From contig JAQFVV010000009.1 in the NCBI GenBank assembly GCA_028023455.1, forward strand, positions 7,874,001 through 7,938,000: 64,000 nt of DNA. The letters are read 5' to 3'. Both the position numbers and the translations under genes were made by a program. Every line of letters starts with the position of its first letter. Positions within the stretch are counted from its first letter, which is position 1. This document shows, piece after piece, positions 40,780-54,367 of this stretch. Source of the DNA: Epiperipatus broadwayi (Eukaryota > Animalia > Onychophora). Under the pieces are notes generated by a model that saw only the letters and a program-made list of their open reading frames with translations, made no database searches and was not told the origin of the DNA.

Positions 40780-41394
40780 TGATTTTCGCAAAAGATGCAG
40801 ATCATTCAGGGGCAGGCCCTGGATCTTAATAAATACGCCGTCGATCGTTCGCATCCCCTTCGGGTCGGCTCTGGGCCAGAAAATGACCATGCATTATTTT
40901 TAGCTACAAAGATAAAAATAATAATAATAAAAGAAAGAAATGTATATTTTTATTATTTGGCAGTTGATTAATTTATTTCAAATATTTGTCATTAAGTAAA
41001 GCGAAGTAAATAAATGTTAATTTTAATATCGGAGAGTTTTTTTTTTTTTTAACGTATTCTCTATCAATCATTTCAGTTTCATTGAGGTAAATGGGGGTGA
41101 TGCTGACGCGCAATTCTCGAATACTTCGGTGTTTTTTTTTTGTGAAAGAGTGCCGCCGCTACTTCTTAACGCTTTCTGTAAAATAAAACACACTAAGGTA
41201 GATTTTTATTCTAAAGCGCGTAAAACCATGATGATTAACATTTTTCTAATTAGTATTATTCTAGCTCAATTTAGCAATTTGAATGTTTTTAGTAATGTAA
41301 TTTACATAAAATAATTTAGCGTCGCACTGATTTAATCAGGCAGTATGACCAAAGCCCGGGTTAAGCTCAGTTTCACCCCTTCCGTCGGTAAGTG
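40780..41394 (+). promoter_or_regulatory. CpG-retaining promoter/5' leader of the receptor gene
   Basis: Dense CG dinucleotides (ACGCCGTCGATCGTTCGC, CTTCGGGTCGG, GACGCGC, GCCGCCGC, AGCGCG, AGCGTCGC) against a CpG-poor background, directly 5' of the ATG. Confidence 0.55.
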
Positions 41395-42046
41395 ATGGCA
41401 GTGCCCGTTTGGTACCTTGCTGTATTTGTTATTATTGCACACAGAGCACAAAGCAAAAATTTCACTATACTGGTACTGTCGCCTACAGGTTGTGGCGATA
41501 AAAATACATCGCTTCTAATAAATGCGGCGGTCCAATTCACTTTTAATAGTATACAACAAATTTCTTTATCCGGAACTGTTGTTTTGAATTATGAAATTTT
41601 TGGTATTGGTTGTTCAACATCTGACGGGATAGTAGAGCTTGTTGACATATTTGTGAACAACAGTGCCGATGCAGTTATAGGTACAATGAAACATAGTGTG
41701 TGCGAAGCAGCGGCGGACCTAGCCGCACACTGGAAAAAGATTCTTATAGCATGGCCTTGTATTCAAAACACACTTTCGGACTACATGCGCTATTCTTCAT
41801 ATATTCGTACAGAACCTAAAGATGAAGATATTGCCTACGCAATTGTAACACTAATGAGATATTTTAAATGGAAAAACTCTGTGATATTTTTTGAAGACGA
41901 TTCCTTATGGATGTCTTTAGCTCATAAAATTGATACGACTTTACGTCATTATAACTTTATTGTGAGTGCATCTTTTTCTTTGGAGCAATTAGGAGATAAA
42001 CATTCAATCATTGAAAATCTTCACAAAATATCTTCTTCAGTCAAAG
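41395..42046 (+). CDS. First coding exon of a membrane receptor with an ANF-receptor (type 1 periplasmic-binding fold) ectodomain, most likely a receptor-type guanylyl cyclase
   Basis: 217 aa: hydrophobic signal peptide MAVPVWYLAVFVIIAHRAQS; GCS..G...AVIG...SVCE..A.LAAHW...IAWPC....LSDY..YSSYIRTEP and YFKW match the ANF-receptor family pattern; ends at donor AAAG|GTAAGA (phase 1). Downstream exons not found, so the cyclase call is inferred. Confidence 0.8.
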
Positions 42047-42964
42047 GTAAGATGTTTTGTAGTTTAAGCCATAATTAAGTAAATGATAGTTTAGTTTTAA
42101 AATGTTCTCAACGAAAAAAAATCATTAAGTTTTTGAATCAAACAAATAAGTTTATTAAAAAAATATATACGAGTACATACATCCATATATTAAAAAAAAT
42201 AAAAATAAACAAAAACAAACAAACAAACTTTGAAACATAGTCAGTCGCACATTTGGACTTCTATGCCCACAATCAAATCCGAATGAAATTTAAAAATAAT
42301 CTAGACATTTTAATCTAGTGGATAAAACAAGGAAAAATAAAGTATATAACATAAAATCAGTTCTCATATAAATATAACATCTCACTTATCTGTGGCAAAG
42401 AAGATATATCACTCAACATTCATTTATATAATTTAAACTAATCTGGAACCATTATCCTTTGAGTTATATTTGACAGATACCTACATATTAATACTGGAGA
42501 GTTAACAGGGTTAGCTATGGATCAGCTACCTAAAAAATCTAAAGTTTGTTGTGACCTAAAACAATTTACAAGATTCTCTCAGCCTATACTTTATGCTTTA
42601 AGTAATGGAAGTGGCTGGAAAAAGTATTAATTCATGAGACATTTTGTAATTAACAAGAAAAATGTATATTCTTACCATTAACTATTTGACTAACCTGATA
42701 ATAGTAAGTATTGCCTCTCTTTTTATTTCCCTAAGTAGTCTTCAAAATTGTTTTACAAAACCACATTCAAGCAATACTATTTAGTGTTTCAAAAACTAAT
42801 TATAATAAAAGCATGATAATAATGAATTGTTAAGTTTGCTTGATTTTGTAGAGTTTTATACAGGTAAATTAAAAGAAAGCTAATTTTTAAAAAAGCAGAA
42901 ATAATTCATTGAGCAGATATAATACCCCATTATATTCCAAACTGCTGAATTGTTCTATGGAGAT

Positions 42965-43015
42965 CTTATGGTGTAGTGGTTAGTGTATTAGATTCCATAC
43001 TCAGGACTCAAATTC
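42965..43015 (+). repeat. tRNA-derived SINE-like head remnant
   Basis: A-box-like TGGTGTAGTGGTTAG followed by a degenerate B box. Confidence 0.3.
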
Positions 43016-44199
43016 AGAATAAAAAAATTTTTTTTTTCATGTAACTCAGAAACTTACAAAAAAGTGCATTTTTTTTTTCAAATAACCTGCATATAACCAA
43101 ATCAGCCAGCAACAAGCTAGGAATCAAGAGATTTTTTAAAAATCAGTCATAGATGAGAAAGAAAACCTTCAGTTTGAAAACAAGACATAAAAGAGTTAAC
43201 TGTCATAATCCTGAGTTCTAACATCTACTAATCTACCCTTACTCTAAACTATGCAGGATACGAGAATTAATGCATTAATCATGAAAAATATAATATCTAC
43301 AACTTTATTAAGCAATTTATACATCTACAGCTTCTAAGCTTATAAGTTATTTTTATCTTGTAATTATTCTTTATATTTACTAGGCCAGAGAAAAAGATTT
43401 GTAAGTAGCTAATATTATACTGATATTATGAGCAGGTAAAATACTATCTGACCATTTGATGTCCACTGATTAGGTCTATAACAAATGGTTACAGAGTAAT
43501 ATTAAAAGAACTGCTTTTATAATATATGTGTAAGCAAAAAAAGTCATATGATAATGGTGATATAACTATATTAATAAAAGAAAACCCCATAACTCATAGC
43601 AATGGTAAGGTATAATTATCTTAAAACAAAAATGGTAAGTTAATAAGTTTGTTTTTCAGAACTTGGAGTAGGATAAGATAGTTACAGTTTAAAAAGTTGT
43701 AGAATGATTGTTCTGAGTAAATAAAATGACATTTCTTTTTGCTGAATGAATAGGTGAAGCATTAAAAGTAAATCAATTAAGTAGCTGTTGCATTTACTGT
43801 CTAATGAGATATGACAATTTCTTTAAACATTTTATGAATAGAATATTTCTCTGATTCAGATAATTGTTAAATTTAGATAGAAAAGTATGTTTTGAGAGTA
43901 ATTTTTCAATAATAAGTAGGTGGTTCTGAAATCTTTATCTCAGTAAGTATATAAATATCAATTGTTTGAAGTATTTAAATTGCATTATTTTGTTGTAAAT
44001 GCAATATTTAACCAATAATATTGATTGGGTGATCTTGAAAGCCCATAACTAAGAGTAATGGATTGAGTAAAACATCAGACATTAGTTTCTATTCAAAGCA
44101 CTGTTTCAATAAATCAAAGAAGCTCAATGATAATAAGACAAATGATCTAAATCTATTATAAGTTAATCTATATATTGAGCTTGAAATGCACATCTATAA

Positions 44200-44935
44200 A
44201 GCTATATTAAAAGTCTATAATTGCTTAGTGTTTTTCAGAGCTTTGTGTTCCCATATTCATAGTTTATAATAATAATATTTGTTGTTAGCTTGTTTAATAG
44301 AGATGTATACAAATATATGCAAATCATCTAGATTGCCCATTTTTTGAAATGGAGAAGCAAGCGTCTCTCCTATTGATGGAGTTGGAATTTTCTGCCATAA
44401 AGTTTATCTTGTACTTGGTGTCATTGCACTCAGTGCAAACTATTTCAGCAGTTGTAGGATCTAAAATGTGGCCTGTGAACCTTTGATGTTCGAAAAATAT
44501 TGAGTTACCTTCAAAATTTGATTTTTGCTCTGATATATAAATATTGATGTTGCAATACTCTGGTAGCAATTGCGGCTTGTGTTTCTCCATAAAATGCCAC
44601 ACCACAGCTGTTATGGGGCATGTAATTTTTTAAATAGCCTGAGGAGTTTGTTCAGGTGTGATCTTGTCTTTTGTATTATTGATTAGTCTATTAGTGGCTG
44701 GAGGTATGTGAAAGCTTAAATTGAAATCTGTTGAGAGTGTTTTAACGAGTATTTTTTTAGCCAAGGTAGGTATATATGGTAAAAGCATACATAGCTTATC
44801 CTCTTTGGCCAGGTTAGTTCTTAGCTTGTTATAAAATTGTTTGACTTTCCTATTAATGGCTCCAAATTTAAATCCAACATTTATCAGGTCTTTCAGGTAG
44901 TGTTGATGCATATCATTGATATGAATATTGACACT
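44200..44935 (-). mobile_element. 3' fragment of a Penelope-like element related to, but diverged from, the 6743-11341 family
   Basis: AINRKVKQFYNK..LLPYI....PPATNRLINNTKDKITPEQTPQAI and INRRDACFSISK parallel SINRKVNKFFYK..PPNTNRLINNTKDRIKPELTPQVV and INRREACYSLSR; degenerate ATGAATA-type HHR at 44222-44263. Confidence 0.9.
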
Positions 44936-45111
44936 TGAAAGATTTTTTTATAATAAATTGTTTTGTTGTGAATTTAAAATCAGTAGTATTAGTTTAAATT
45001 ATGAAATTACTGCTAAAAGACTATGATTAATTAGTTTAGATTCTTTGCAGATTTGTTTACCTATTTATATTAGCATCAGAGTAGATTATAGTAAAGTAAT
45101 ATTTATAGTAA

Positions 45112-46197
45112 GCCACTCAGATCCAAGGCTCCTCACTGACAAAGGCCACAAGCCAGAAACTAGTCTGGGGATATTGGATGAGTAGGCACTAGATGGGGAT
45201 TTTATGCACAAGCCTTCTGGCATCCATTGATTACTCTAGCTTGCTGTGTGTGGCAATATGTATAGTGAGTTTTGCCTGTTTTAACAACAGTTATACACAA
45301 GCATAAGAGGTGGTGGTCATGTGATGTTTATTGGCTTAAAACCAATCCTGCCTAATAGGATAGTGGTGGCTATGGTTATTAAAAAACCAAAGACACCAAA
45401 ATGTATGGGTACTGAACTGGGTTCAGACCCATATGACTATATAAGCTAATGGGCTTGGATTGAAAACATTAAGGTGTTTTCAGTTTAAGACTCATAGTTT
45501 TGTAGTTAAATGGAGATAAAAGGTGGTTGCTGGAGGGTTGCATTAGATCCTAAGATCTAGGTGCAGTGCTCTCAGATCCAAGGCTCCTCACTGATGAAGG
45601 CCACAAGCCAGAAACTAGTCTGGGGATATTGGATGAGTAGGCACTAGATGGGGATTTTATGCACAAGCCTTCTGGCATCCATTGATTACTCTAGCTTGCT
45701 GTGTGTGGCAATATGTATAGTGAGTTTTGCCTGTTTTAACAACAGTTATACACAAGCATAAGAGGTGGTGGTCATGTGATGTTTATTGGCTTAAAACCAA
45801 TCCTGCCTAATAGGATAGTGGTGGCTATGGTTATTAAAGAACCAAAGACACCAAAATGTATGGGTACTGAACTGGGTTCAGACCCATATGACTATATAAG
45901 CTAATGGGCTTGGATTGAAAACATTAAGGTGTTTTCAGTTTAAGACTCATAGTTTTGTAGTTAAATGGAGATAAAAGGTGGTTGCTGGAGGGTTGCATTA
46001 GATCCTAAGATCTAGGTGCAGTGCTCTCAGATCCAAGGCTCCTCACTGATGAAGGCCACAAGCCAGAAACTAGTCTGGGGATATTGGATGAGTAGGCACT
46101 AGATGGGGATTTTATAAACAAGCCTTCTGGCATATATTGATTACTCTAGCTTGCTGTATGTGTGGCAATATGTATAGTGAGTTTTGCCTGTTTTAAC
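45112..46197 (+). mobile_element. Non-coding hammerhead-bearing tandem element, family B (retrozyme-like): about 2.4 units of 455 nt, three HHRs
   Basis: ATCCAAGG at 45121, 45576 and 46031 (period 455, units nearly identical); HHRs 45131-45170, 45586-45625, 46041-46080; 14-bp TSD AATATTTATAGTAA at 45098-45111 and 46198-46211. Confidence 0.92.
45576..45634 (+). ncRNA. Type I hammerhead ribozyme with extended stem I, family B (identical core at 46031-46089)
   Basis: ATCCAA-GGCT-CCTCA-CTGATGA-A-GGC(CACAA)GCC-A-GAAAC-TA-GTC^TGGGG-ATA-TTGGAT; palindromic ACTAGT stem III. Confidence 0.75.
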
Positions 46198-49100
46198 AAT
46201 ATTTATAGTAACTAGGCTTCATTTTAAAAATGTTAGTATCATTGCATGATTAGTAGGATTATTAAATTTATTACATTTTTGATATGTTCCAACATTTATT
46301 AATCCATGGTAATCTTTTCCTAATATGTCACAGCAAATCAGAATGTATTCTGGTCACAGAGTAATATGATAAATGAAAAATGTTGTCCTGTAATTTTATA
46401 TGAGATTTACTATAATATATTGCTGTATTTTCAATTTCAATATGCAACTCATTATGATTAAAAATTGCAAGTTTGGATATATTCTTTTTATGTTGCAGAT
46501 TTTTTTTCATCCAAATTTTGTGGATACCTTTACATAGACCAATAAATTAGCTTCTTTAAATATGCTATAAGCTTTCTTGAAGTGCCTTTTAACGCATTAG
46601 ATTGATTCTCTTTTTAAACAGAAATATGAATGTTGAAGTAAGGTTTTGAGAAAATATTTTTTCCCACTAGGATTATTTAATTACTGTAGATGATGAATTT
46701 TCTTTATTTTTGATATTAATTATAGCTTTAAAAACATTAAAGTTTATAAAATTCCATTAGTTCAGTTTGAAATTTGTTAATTGTACTATCTCAGTGTCAC
46801 TTCTACTTTTATCCCATATTTTAGCACTATTTATATATTAATTAGAATCAAAATTAAGCATAGAGAATTCATTAAGTGATTAGTGCATAGTTAATTTTGC
46901 TTTAAGGTTTCAGTGAGTTCTCAGCTTTATTTATTATTTCATCATTTCTCTCCATTTACTGGAGCTATGAAACCGTAGAAAGAAGTAATTCTTTTTTTGT
47001 GAGTTCCCTATATATATATATTAGCAGGCCTTGAAGATTAAATTAGATTTTTAATTTTTAAATGCCATAGAGTTTATTAAAAGAGACATATTTATTATGT
47101 TATTTAATTTTTTTGACAGGTTTAGATATCATAAGTCTCTTAATAGTCGCATTTTTTTTTTTTAAAAAAAAGAATTGATTTAACACTTAAGAAAGAACTA
47201 ATATTAATTCACGCAGTCTTTAAAACCGTTTTATTGGGCTTTATTTAAAGTTAATTCCATTGACATTTTGACAGTAATTTCATAAAACAGTTGTCTTCAA
47301 AAATAAAATTTTAATAAATAAATATTTTTTTCTATAATTTACTTTTATATTGCACAACAATATTTTTCAATTATTGTCATTTATGTATCCTTTGCCATAG
47401 CATTCTTAACTAGTCAAAATACATTTCTTTAGTTCTCCATTTTCCTTCACTGCAATGTCTTAATAAATTTGTTATGCATTGATCAAATTTGTTCAAAATA
47501 AGTCGTGATTATGTTTCATCAGTATTGTTTCAAGAATATTAATATTATGAAATGAAATTGAAAATTGGATTTTTCTCTCTAAAGCAGATATCCATATTTT
47601 TTTTTATCTTGATGTTTTTATTAGTTCTTCTGAAGTTCTTAAATTTTAAAAAAATACTAAAAATATATCTTTTTAAGTCGAAAAGCATTATCTTAATCTA
47701 TATATTAATAAATAATCAAGTGGAATTTTGATGAAGAATAAAATTCAATATAAACATTAAGAAAGCTTTTAATACTTCTGTGCCACAGGCTGGGCTATAG
47801 GAAATGCTAAAAGCCTGCTTGATAATTTAGATAGTTGAAATTAAATTTCACTTTTCTTCAAAATTATACTTGATCATTTATGTAATTAAAAATTGTTGTG
47901 ATTTATTATACATATAGCTGTTGACATGAATATTTTCACAGGTAAAAGATATAAAATGTTGTTATGGATTTTTCTTTGTGTAATAATAAGTTAAAAAATG
48001 ATTTACTGTGGAGAAAAATCACTAGGTGGATGGTCCCATTATTATTATGGTTATGCGTGGTATCAACATTATTTATTCTAAGCTTTCATAATTATGATGT
48101 TATTCAAGTGTCATCAAGCTATTTTGAAAATCATGGGTATAAACAATTATTACCAGAACTATGCATCCACTGATTTTTCCTTGTATAATGATCTATTGTC
48201 TGTTTTCACACATAATAAAACTCATAAGTCATTTTATGCTCATGTGTATATCATCCCATGTTTAAGCATTACTAATCTACAAGTCTTTCTAAATTCAATA
48301 CAGTTAAATGTTTTAAAATAAAAAATACTATTTATTAATAAAAAGAAAACTCTTGTAAACTATCTCATTGGCATGAATGTGATAAGATAGTAGATGAATC
48401 TAAAAAGAAAGATTAGATAAAAATGTAAAATTAATTCAATCAAATTAAAGTTATGATAAAAAGATAAACAATGGGAGAGTTAGGTATAAAAAAGTCAGCT
48501 TGTCCATCATTTCCAGTTTCACTTAAGCTTCAATTTAAGTTCTAATTGAGTTGTTTTTAGTTTCATTCAAGTTTCCAGTTTGCAGTTTCACTTGTTTTTC
48601 ATTGAAGTTCATTCAGTTTTCATTCAAGTTTCAGTTTAGAGTATCAATCAGTAACCACAGAGTTTTCCAGCTCACTAGCAGATCCAAATATTGAATTATG
48701 AAAACAGATTATGTAACTGCCACTATTTATTTGTTAAGTAATTAAAATGGATAAGTTTCTACCACCATAAAATATTTTACAAGTTTTTTATATGCCTCAT
48801 TTATTCATATATATATATATATTGTAACAATGTATATATATATTCATGGTACTAAGTGTGCATATATATATATATATGAGTTACACGATTTTATAAATAA
48901 AATAAGAATTATATTTCAATATTTAATTGTTTAAAAAAAAAAAAATTAATTAAAAGAAAAAGTAAAGAATTTTTGGAATTAAGTTAGACTAATTATAACT
49001 TACCTTTTGTTTTTTAAAAGTTTAAACTTAATTGAAAACAAATTTTGTACAGTATGTAGTCACTTCTGGAGATACGATTCCAAACTGATTAAATAAACAA

Positions 49101-50516
49101 TGGTCACTACATTTTCTATGTAATTAAAAATATAAGGAACTGAAAACAAGGTAACAAAAAATATAACTAATTAAAAATAAAAAAAATTAAAGATCAAGTG
49201 AATTGGTAATGTGGGTAACAAATCAAGTAGTGGGCGGAGTCAGAGTGTATATATAATGCAATCACCTATTGTTCAAAGATGTATTGAGATATATATAGAA
49301 ACATATAGAAAAATGCACAAAAGAGAAATGGGAAGAAAAAAGAAAAAGAGAAGTCAGAGTTTTAAAAGGATAATTGACTAAGGCCAGTTAGCAGTCCACT
49401 GAAGAGTAAAAAACAGTTAAAATGACTGAATCCATCAAGATGAAACAATCTTTATACAGTCATATTGATAGAAAAATGCATTGGTAGACCAAACACTGAG
49501 TGTTCATTCTTTTCTACTGCCCATCTCCTGAATACCACTAGCCAGATGTAATAATATTATCTCTAACTTGTCTTTGCCAATGTTTTTACCTGCCACATCA
49601 AATCTACGGAACCAGACCTCACAGTAGTAAGCTGAGCCAGAAAGAAGTGATCAACTGTCATAAAATAGAAGCCCTCTATAAATCTGAGAGGATCAGAAGA
49701 CAGGATGATTACCCAAATACTGAATTAAAACTTAGGTAAATATGGTTAGATGTCCTTGATAAAACTTTTAAATTTTATTTCAAGCGTGAACTTTTAAAAT
49801 TTATTTCTAGCTAGTTTAAATATCATTTCTACTTGTTAACTTTTAAATATATATAAATAATTACATAATTGTTTTAGAATATTATAATTTGAATAAGTAT
49901 TCATCTTTTATTTAAATGTTTTAACAATTCCTTATATTATTTTTTTTAATAAAAAAAATGTTGTAAATTATTAGTGTGATTTAAGTTTTTTTCTCTCTCT
50001 CACTTTACCTTGCTTAAATAAATAATCATATTTAGATATTCTGTGTTATGCTGATCTCATGTTTTAATAGCTAGTCATGGATCAAGCAATTAAAGTGTGT
50101 TAATGTCATCTCATGGGCTCCAGTCAAAGGCCAGATGATACCTGTAGGGTTTAAACCCATTATAAATATCCCATGATATGTATCTTGCTTCTTGCAGTCA
50201 TGGAGAGAGTACCTCAGTCTGGAAAAGTGACTGTTGTTTAATACTTTTATTAAATCTCAGTCTGACTGGGGATATGGTTAATATGTAAGCATTAATCATA
50301 TTTACTCCTCCTCTCGAGTAACAGGGTCTTAAAGTCAAATAATTAGACTAATATGAGCTAATAACTTAAAATATAATTTTATATATATATAAAATAGAAA
50401 ATAATAAACTGGTAAAGCAGGTCACAAACTTTACTTTAAATTCTATAAATCGGTAAAATCCTGTTACAATATATCATCATCATCATCCTTATATTTATCC
50501 TTATCATCATCATCAT

Positions 50517-50708
<192 letters not shown>

Positions 50709-50890
50709 TTAATTTAATAAATATATAATCTGCTTGTGATAAAAAAATCACGCATGGAGCTTAACAAAAGTACATGTGCAAATAAAATAAAAAAACATTA
50801 ATATATAATAAAATAATTAAAGAGAATAAAAAGTTTTTCATTATCATCAATTATAATCCAGTCCATAATTAATTTTCTCAAAGTTTTTCT

Positions 50891-50921
<31 letters not shown>

Positions 50922-53900
50922 GATGATAATAATAATAATAATAATAACAACAACAACAATAACGATAACGATAATAATAATAATGCTAATTTGAAAAAAA
51001 CTTCAACGAAATTTTATAAAAATATATTATACTATATAACATTTGTCTTTTAAGAGAATCTCTATAAAATCTGATCAGTGATTAAAAGGATATATACTTA
51101 CATCTCTTTAGCCTATATAGTGACCCATTTGGCCAACTGCTAAAACAAGAAATAAATTTGAAAATAAACAAATGTACATAGCTGATACAGTAATTATTTA
51201 AGGAAAATTTATGGTGAAGTTACAAATAAACAAATAAATAAAAGCTTTTTGAAATTATTGAAAAACCAAAGATTTTAAATGAATTAAATTGAAAAAAAAA
51301 AATGATAATAATGAAATAACATTTTAAATATAACAAAATAACTAAATAAAAAATGTAAAATATTGAAATACAAGAGCAAATCTTTTCACTCAACTTTAAA
51401 GCAATCTACTGTAAGCTTAAATAATCAATAGGTATCAAACAATAATAGTGCTATAATATTTCCATTTTCATATTAGGTTTTCACTTTTGCATTTTTCAGT
51501 TAGGATTAAGATTCAAACTTAACTAATGCAGTTATGCATCTACTGATTATTTATTCCTCCTGTTTACTATTCAACACTGAAATTTAAAAAACCATAAAAG
51601 TTTGAACTTAAGCTAATTGACTTGTATAGTTTTATAGATCTAACATCAGATAAGTTTCTACATATTTTATACCCCTCAGATTTATGCTTATATTCAAAAT
51701 CTTTGGGTTTTTCACATTTCAAACTTCAATAAAAAGTAAAATAAAAGATGGCTGTTATATTCATAAATGCATTGGTTCCAACTTTGGATCTTAGACCTCA
51801 TTGATGAGAATAAAATCCAGAATATAGTTGAAAAGTTGAAAATATCATAGTAGTATACCATATGGAGTCATTGATTACTAAGCTTACAGTAGATAATTTT
51901 AAAATAGGATAAAAAAATCTGCTTTTTGAAGCAAATTAGAAAAAAAAACATGATATTGTTCATAATATTATCTTAAATAATGTAAGTTAGTATGCAAAAA
52001 AAAAAAAAAAAAAATACAATAAACTGAAAAATTCAAAAAATAATAGAACATATCCAATAATAACCAAAAATTCTATTCCCTAAATAACTCCTCTGTTAAA
52101 ATTAAAAAAACTCAAAAGAATAAGCAATTAAGATAACAAATGAAGAAAAAACTATTAATTCTGAAAATAAAAACGTTGTCTTGTAGAAGTACCAAAAGTG
52201 AAAAAAACAACAAAAATAAAATACATCACTATCAAGTAAAAAGCCTAAGCTAACTGTATAAAATGACAAGAAACTATCCATTTCAAAAAGAACAAAATCA
52301 TTTAAATAGATTAATATTATAAAATAAAAAGTATGAACCTGACCTCAAATCTAATAAGGCATTACTGGTGTCAGACTATTTCATGTGCTGGGCATGACTA
52401 ATTAGTTGTAATATTCACCAAAAATCATTAAACTTTGTTCACAATAGATCTTTAATAGAAAAAAGCTTAAAACTGATCATCTTTTGCAAAATTAACTGAG
52501 TGGCTGACTAAATGGCCTAACAATAGGCAGACCCAAAGTAAGTACATTTTCAAAAATGCAAGCAAGCATTAATAATTATTTAATAAAAGATTATTAATAT
52601 ACAAAACATCAATTATATCATTTATTGATCAGATAGAGATTTGGATATCATATTTGATGTATTCTATCAAGTTTATTCTGTCTAAACATTTAGCAGAACT
52701 TGGATCTTTTAATACTACATTATCTTATTTTAGAGCAAAATTTCATTTCAAATAAGTACTAATCAAGATCATACAAACACAAAATTGTAAGAAGTTAATT
52801 AATAAATTCAAAGTGAATATCAATTAATTCATTTTTATTGACCAAATATGTCCCAGCATTTGCTCTTTTTTCTTAAGAATCAGTTTGCAAAAAATATATT
52901 TATTTTTAATGCTCTTTTTAAGATACCTTCCAACTTCTAAAACATTTCATTAAATGTAATAAAAAGAATATACCAATAGACCAATACTTAAATAATGTTA
53001 GATGGTGCCAGGATTCAAGGATAACAGTATTATACAAGACTACTATTTCTTTTTAGAAAATATGTTCAAAATGTAATTCATTATTCTCAATATTTATTGT
53101 GAAATATAGCAGAATATAATTATCTTAAAATATTTTTTATTTTTAAAAAAGCAAACAAAATTCTCATAATGTAGATGTATATTCTGAAGATATTAATGAG
53201 AAACTCATAGATAATCCAAAGTAAAATAAATGATTAAAAAAGCCAAATAATAAAATATATTTTACTTTATAAAACTATTTGCAAATAGCAAGGATTATAA
53301 AAAAAGACTAACATATAAAAAACATTTATTATGAAATGACATTCTGATTCTAAATTAGCCTTTAAACTAATGATAATAGTTCAATCAAGTATAAAATAAT
53401 ATAGTATGTTGAATATTTCATATCACAATTAAAAATTGTTTGCATTACACATTAGGCTTACAGTTTATTCTGCTCTCTGCAGATATGGAATTTCTGATGT
53501 CATAATTTAAAAGTATATAACTTATAAATAAAAAAAATATGATTTTTCTAATTGAAAACTATTATAATTTATTTTTTAATATATAAATTATTATATGTGA
53601 AAATATTGTCTAACTAATATTATTAAAATTCTCTATTATAAGAAGCTATAAAAGTAAACCATAGATCCAGTTGCTGTAGGAGTGTGATAGGTGTTACTAA
53701 TACAGATGTCTAAATCATATAATTTTTGTTTTATCATTAGCACATGAGAACACATGTGTCCATTGTTGATTACCTAGAAACGTTACTTCTAGTTAATAAA
53801 AGCTCGACAACTCTTTATTGACTAATAATTGGTTTATTTAAACTAGCTATCTATGTTGATCAAATGGCAATTGGTTCATTAACTATGAAACAAAACGTGA

Positions 53901-54298
53901 TTATATCTTCATCATTGAAAATAGGATTATCACACTCCTATGGCCACTAAGATCAAGATTATCTTATATGTAATTTTTTTTTCATTTAAAATAAAGTTAA
54001 TATATCTGGAAAGAGCATTGAAAGTAAATAATATTTCTGCAAATGATAAATTGCTCAAAGTAAAAAAAATTGCAAGAAGTTCAAAAGATATGCAAAATAA
54101 AGCCAAAAATATTTAAAATTTTTAAAACATTAGGATTAAAAGAATAGAAGAAAAAGGGAAAAAAATTCCTAATCTCCATAAAATTTTGTGAATAAAAATA
54201 TTGTTTCTAAAAATCTCTACAACTTAGTCTAAAGTCATTTAAATTTGAATGTCAGAGAAAAGAATGAATTTATTAAGCAAACAATCTCTTTTTGTCAA

Positions 54299-54367
54299 GT
54301 GTTGGTGGCCTGGTGGTTAGCATAGCTGCTTTCCAAACAGTTGGACCGGATTCGCTTCCCATTCGCA
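54299..54367 (+). pseudogene. tRNA-Gly(TCC)-derived pseudogene
   Basis: GTGTTGGTGG..TGGTGGTTAGCATAGCTGCTTTCCAAACAGTTG..CCGGATTCGCTTCCC closely follows metazoan tRNA-Gly-TCC; the 3' acceptor strand is partly deleted. Confidence 0.7.

Noticed and set aside
45112-46197. CRISPR-like or satellite interpretation of the regular repeats
   Set aside because: Units are 455 nt with no unique spacers and no cas genes; the TSD and one ribozyme per unit indicate a retroposed element.
47964-48321. Short ORFs as candidate exon 2 of the receptor gene
   Set aside because: No ANF-receptor or cyclase similarity and no phase-1-compatible open exon; other AG-bounded candidates checked (50040, 51110, 53465, 56320, 63830) hit early stops in the required frame.
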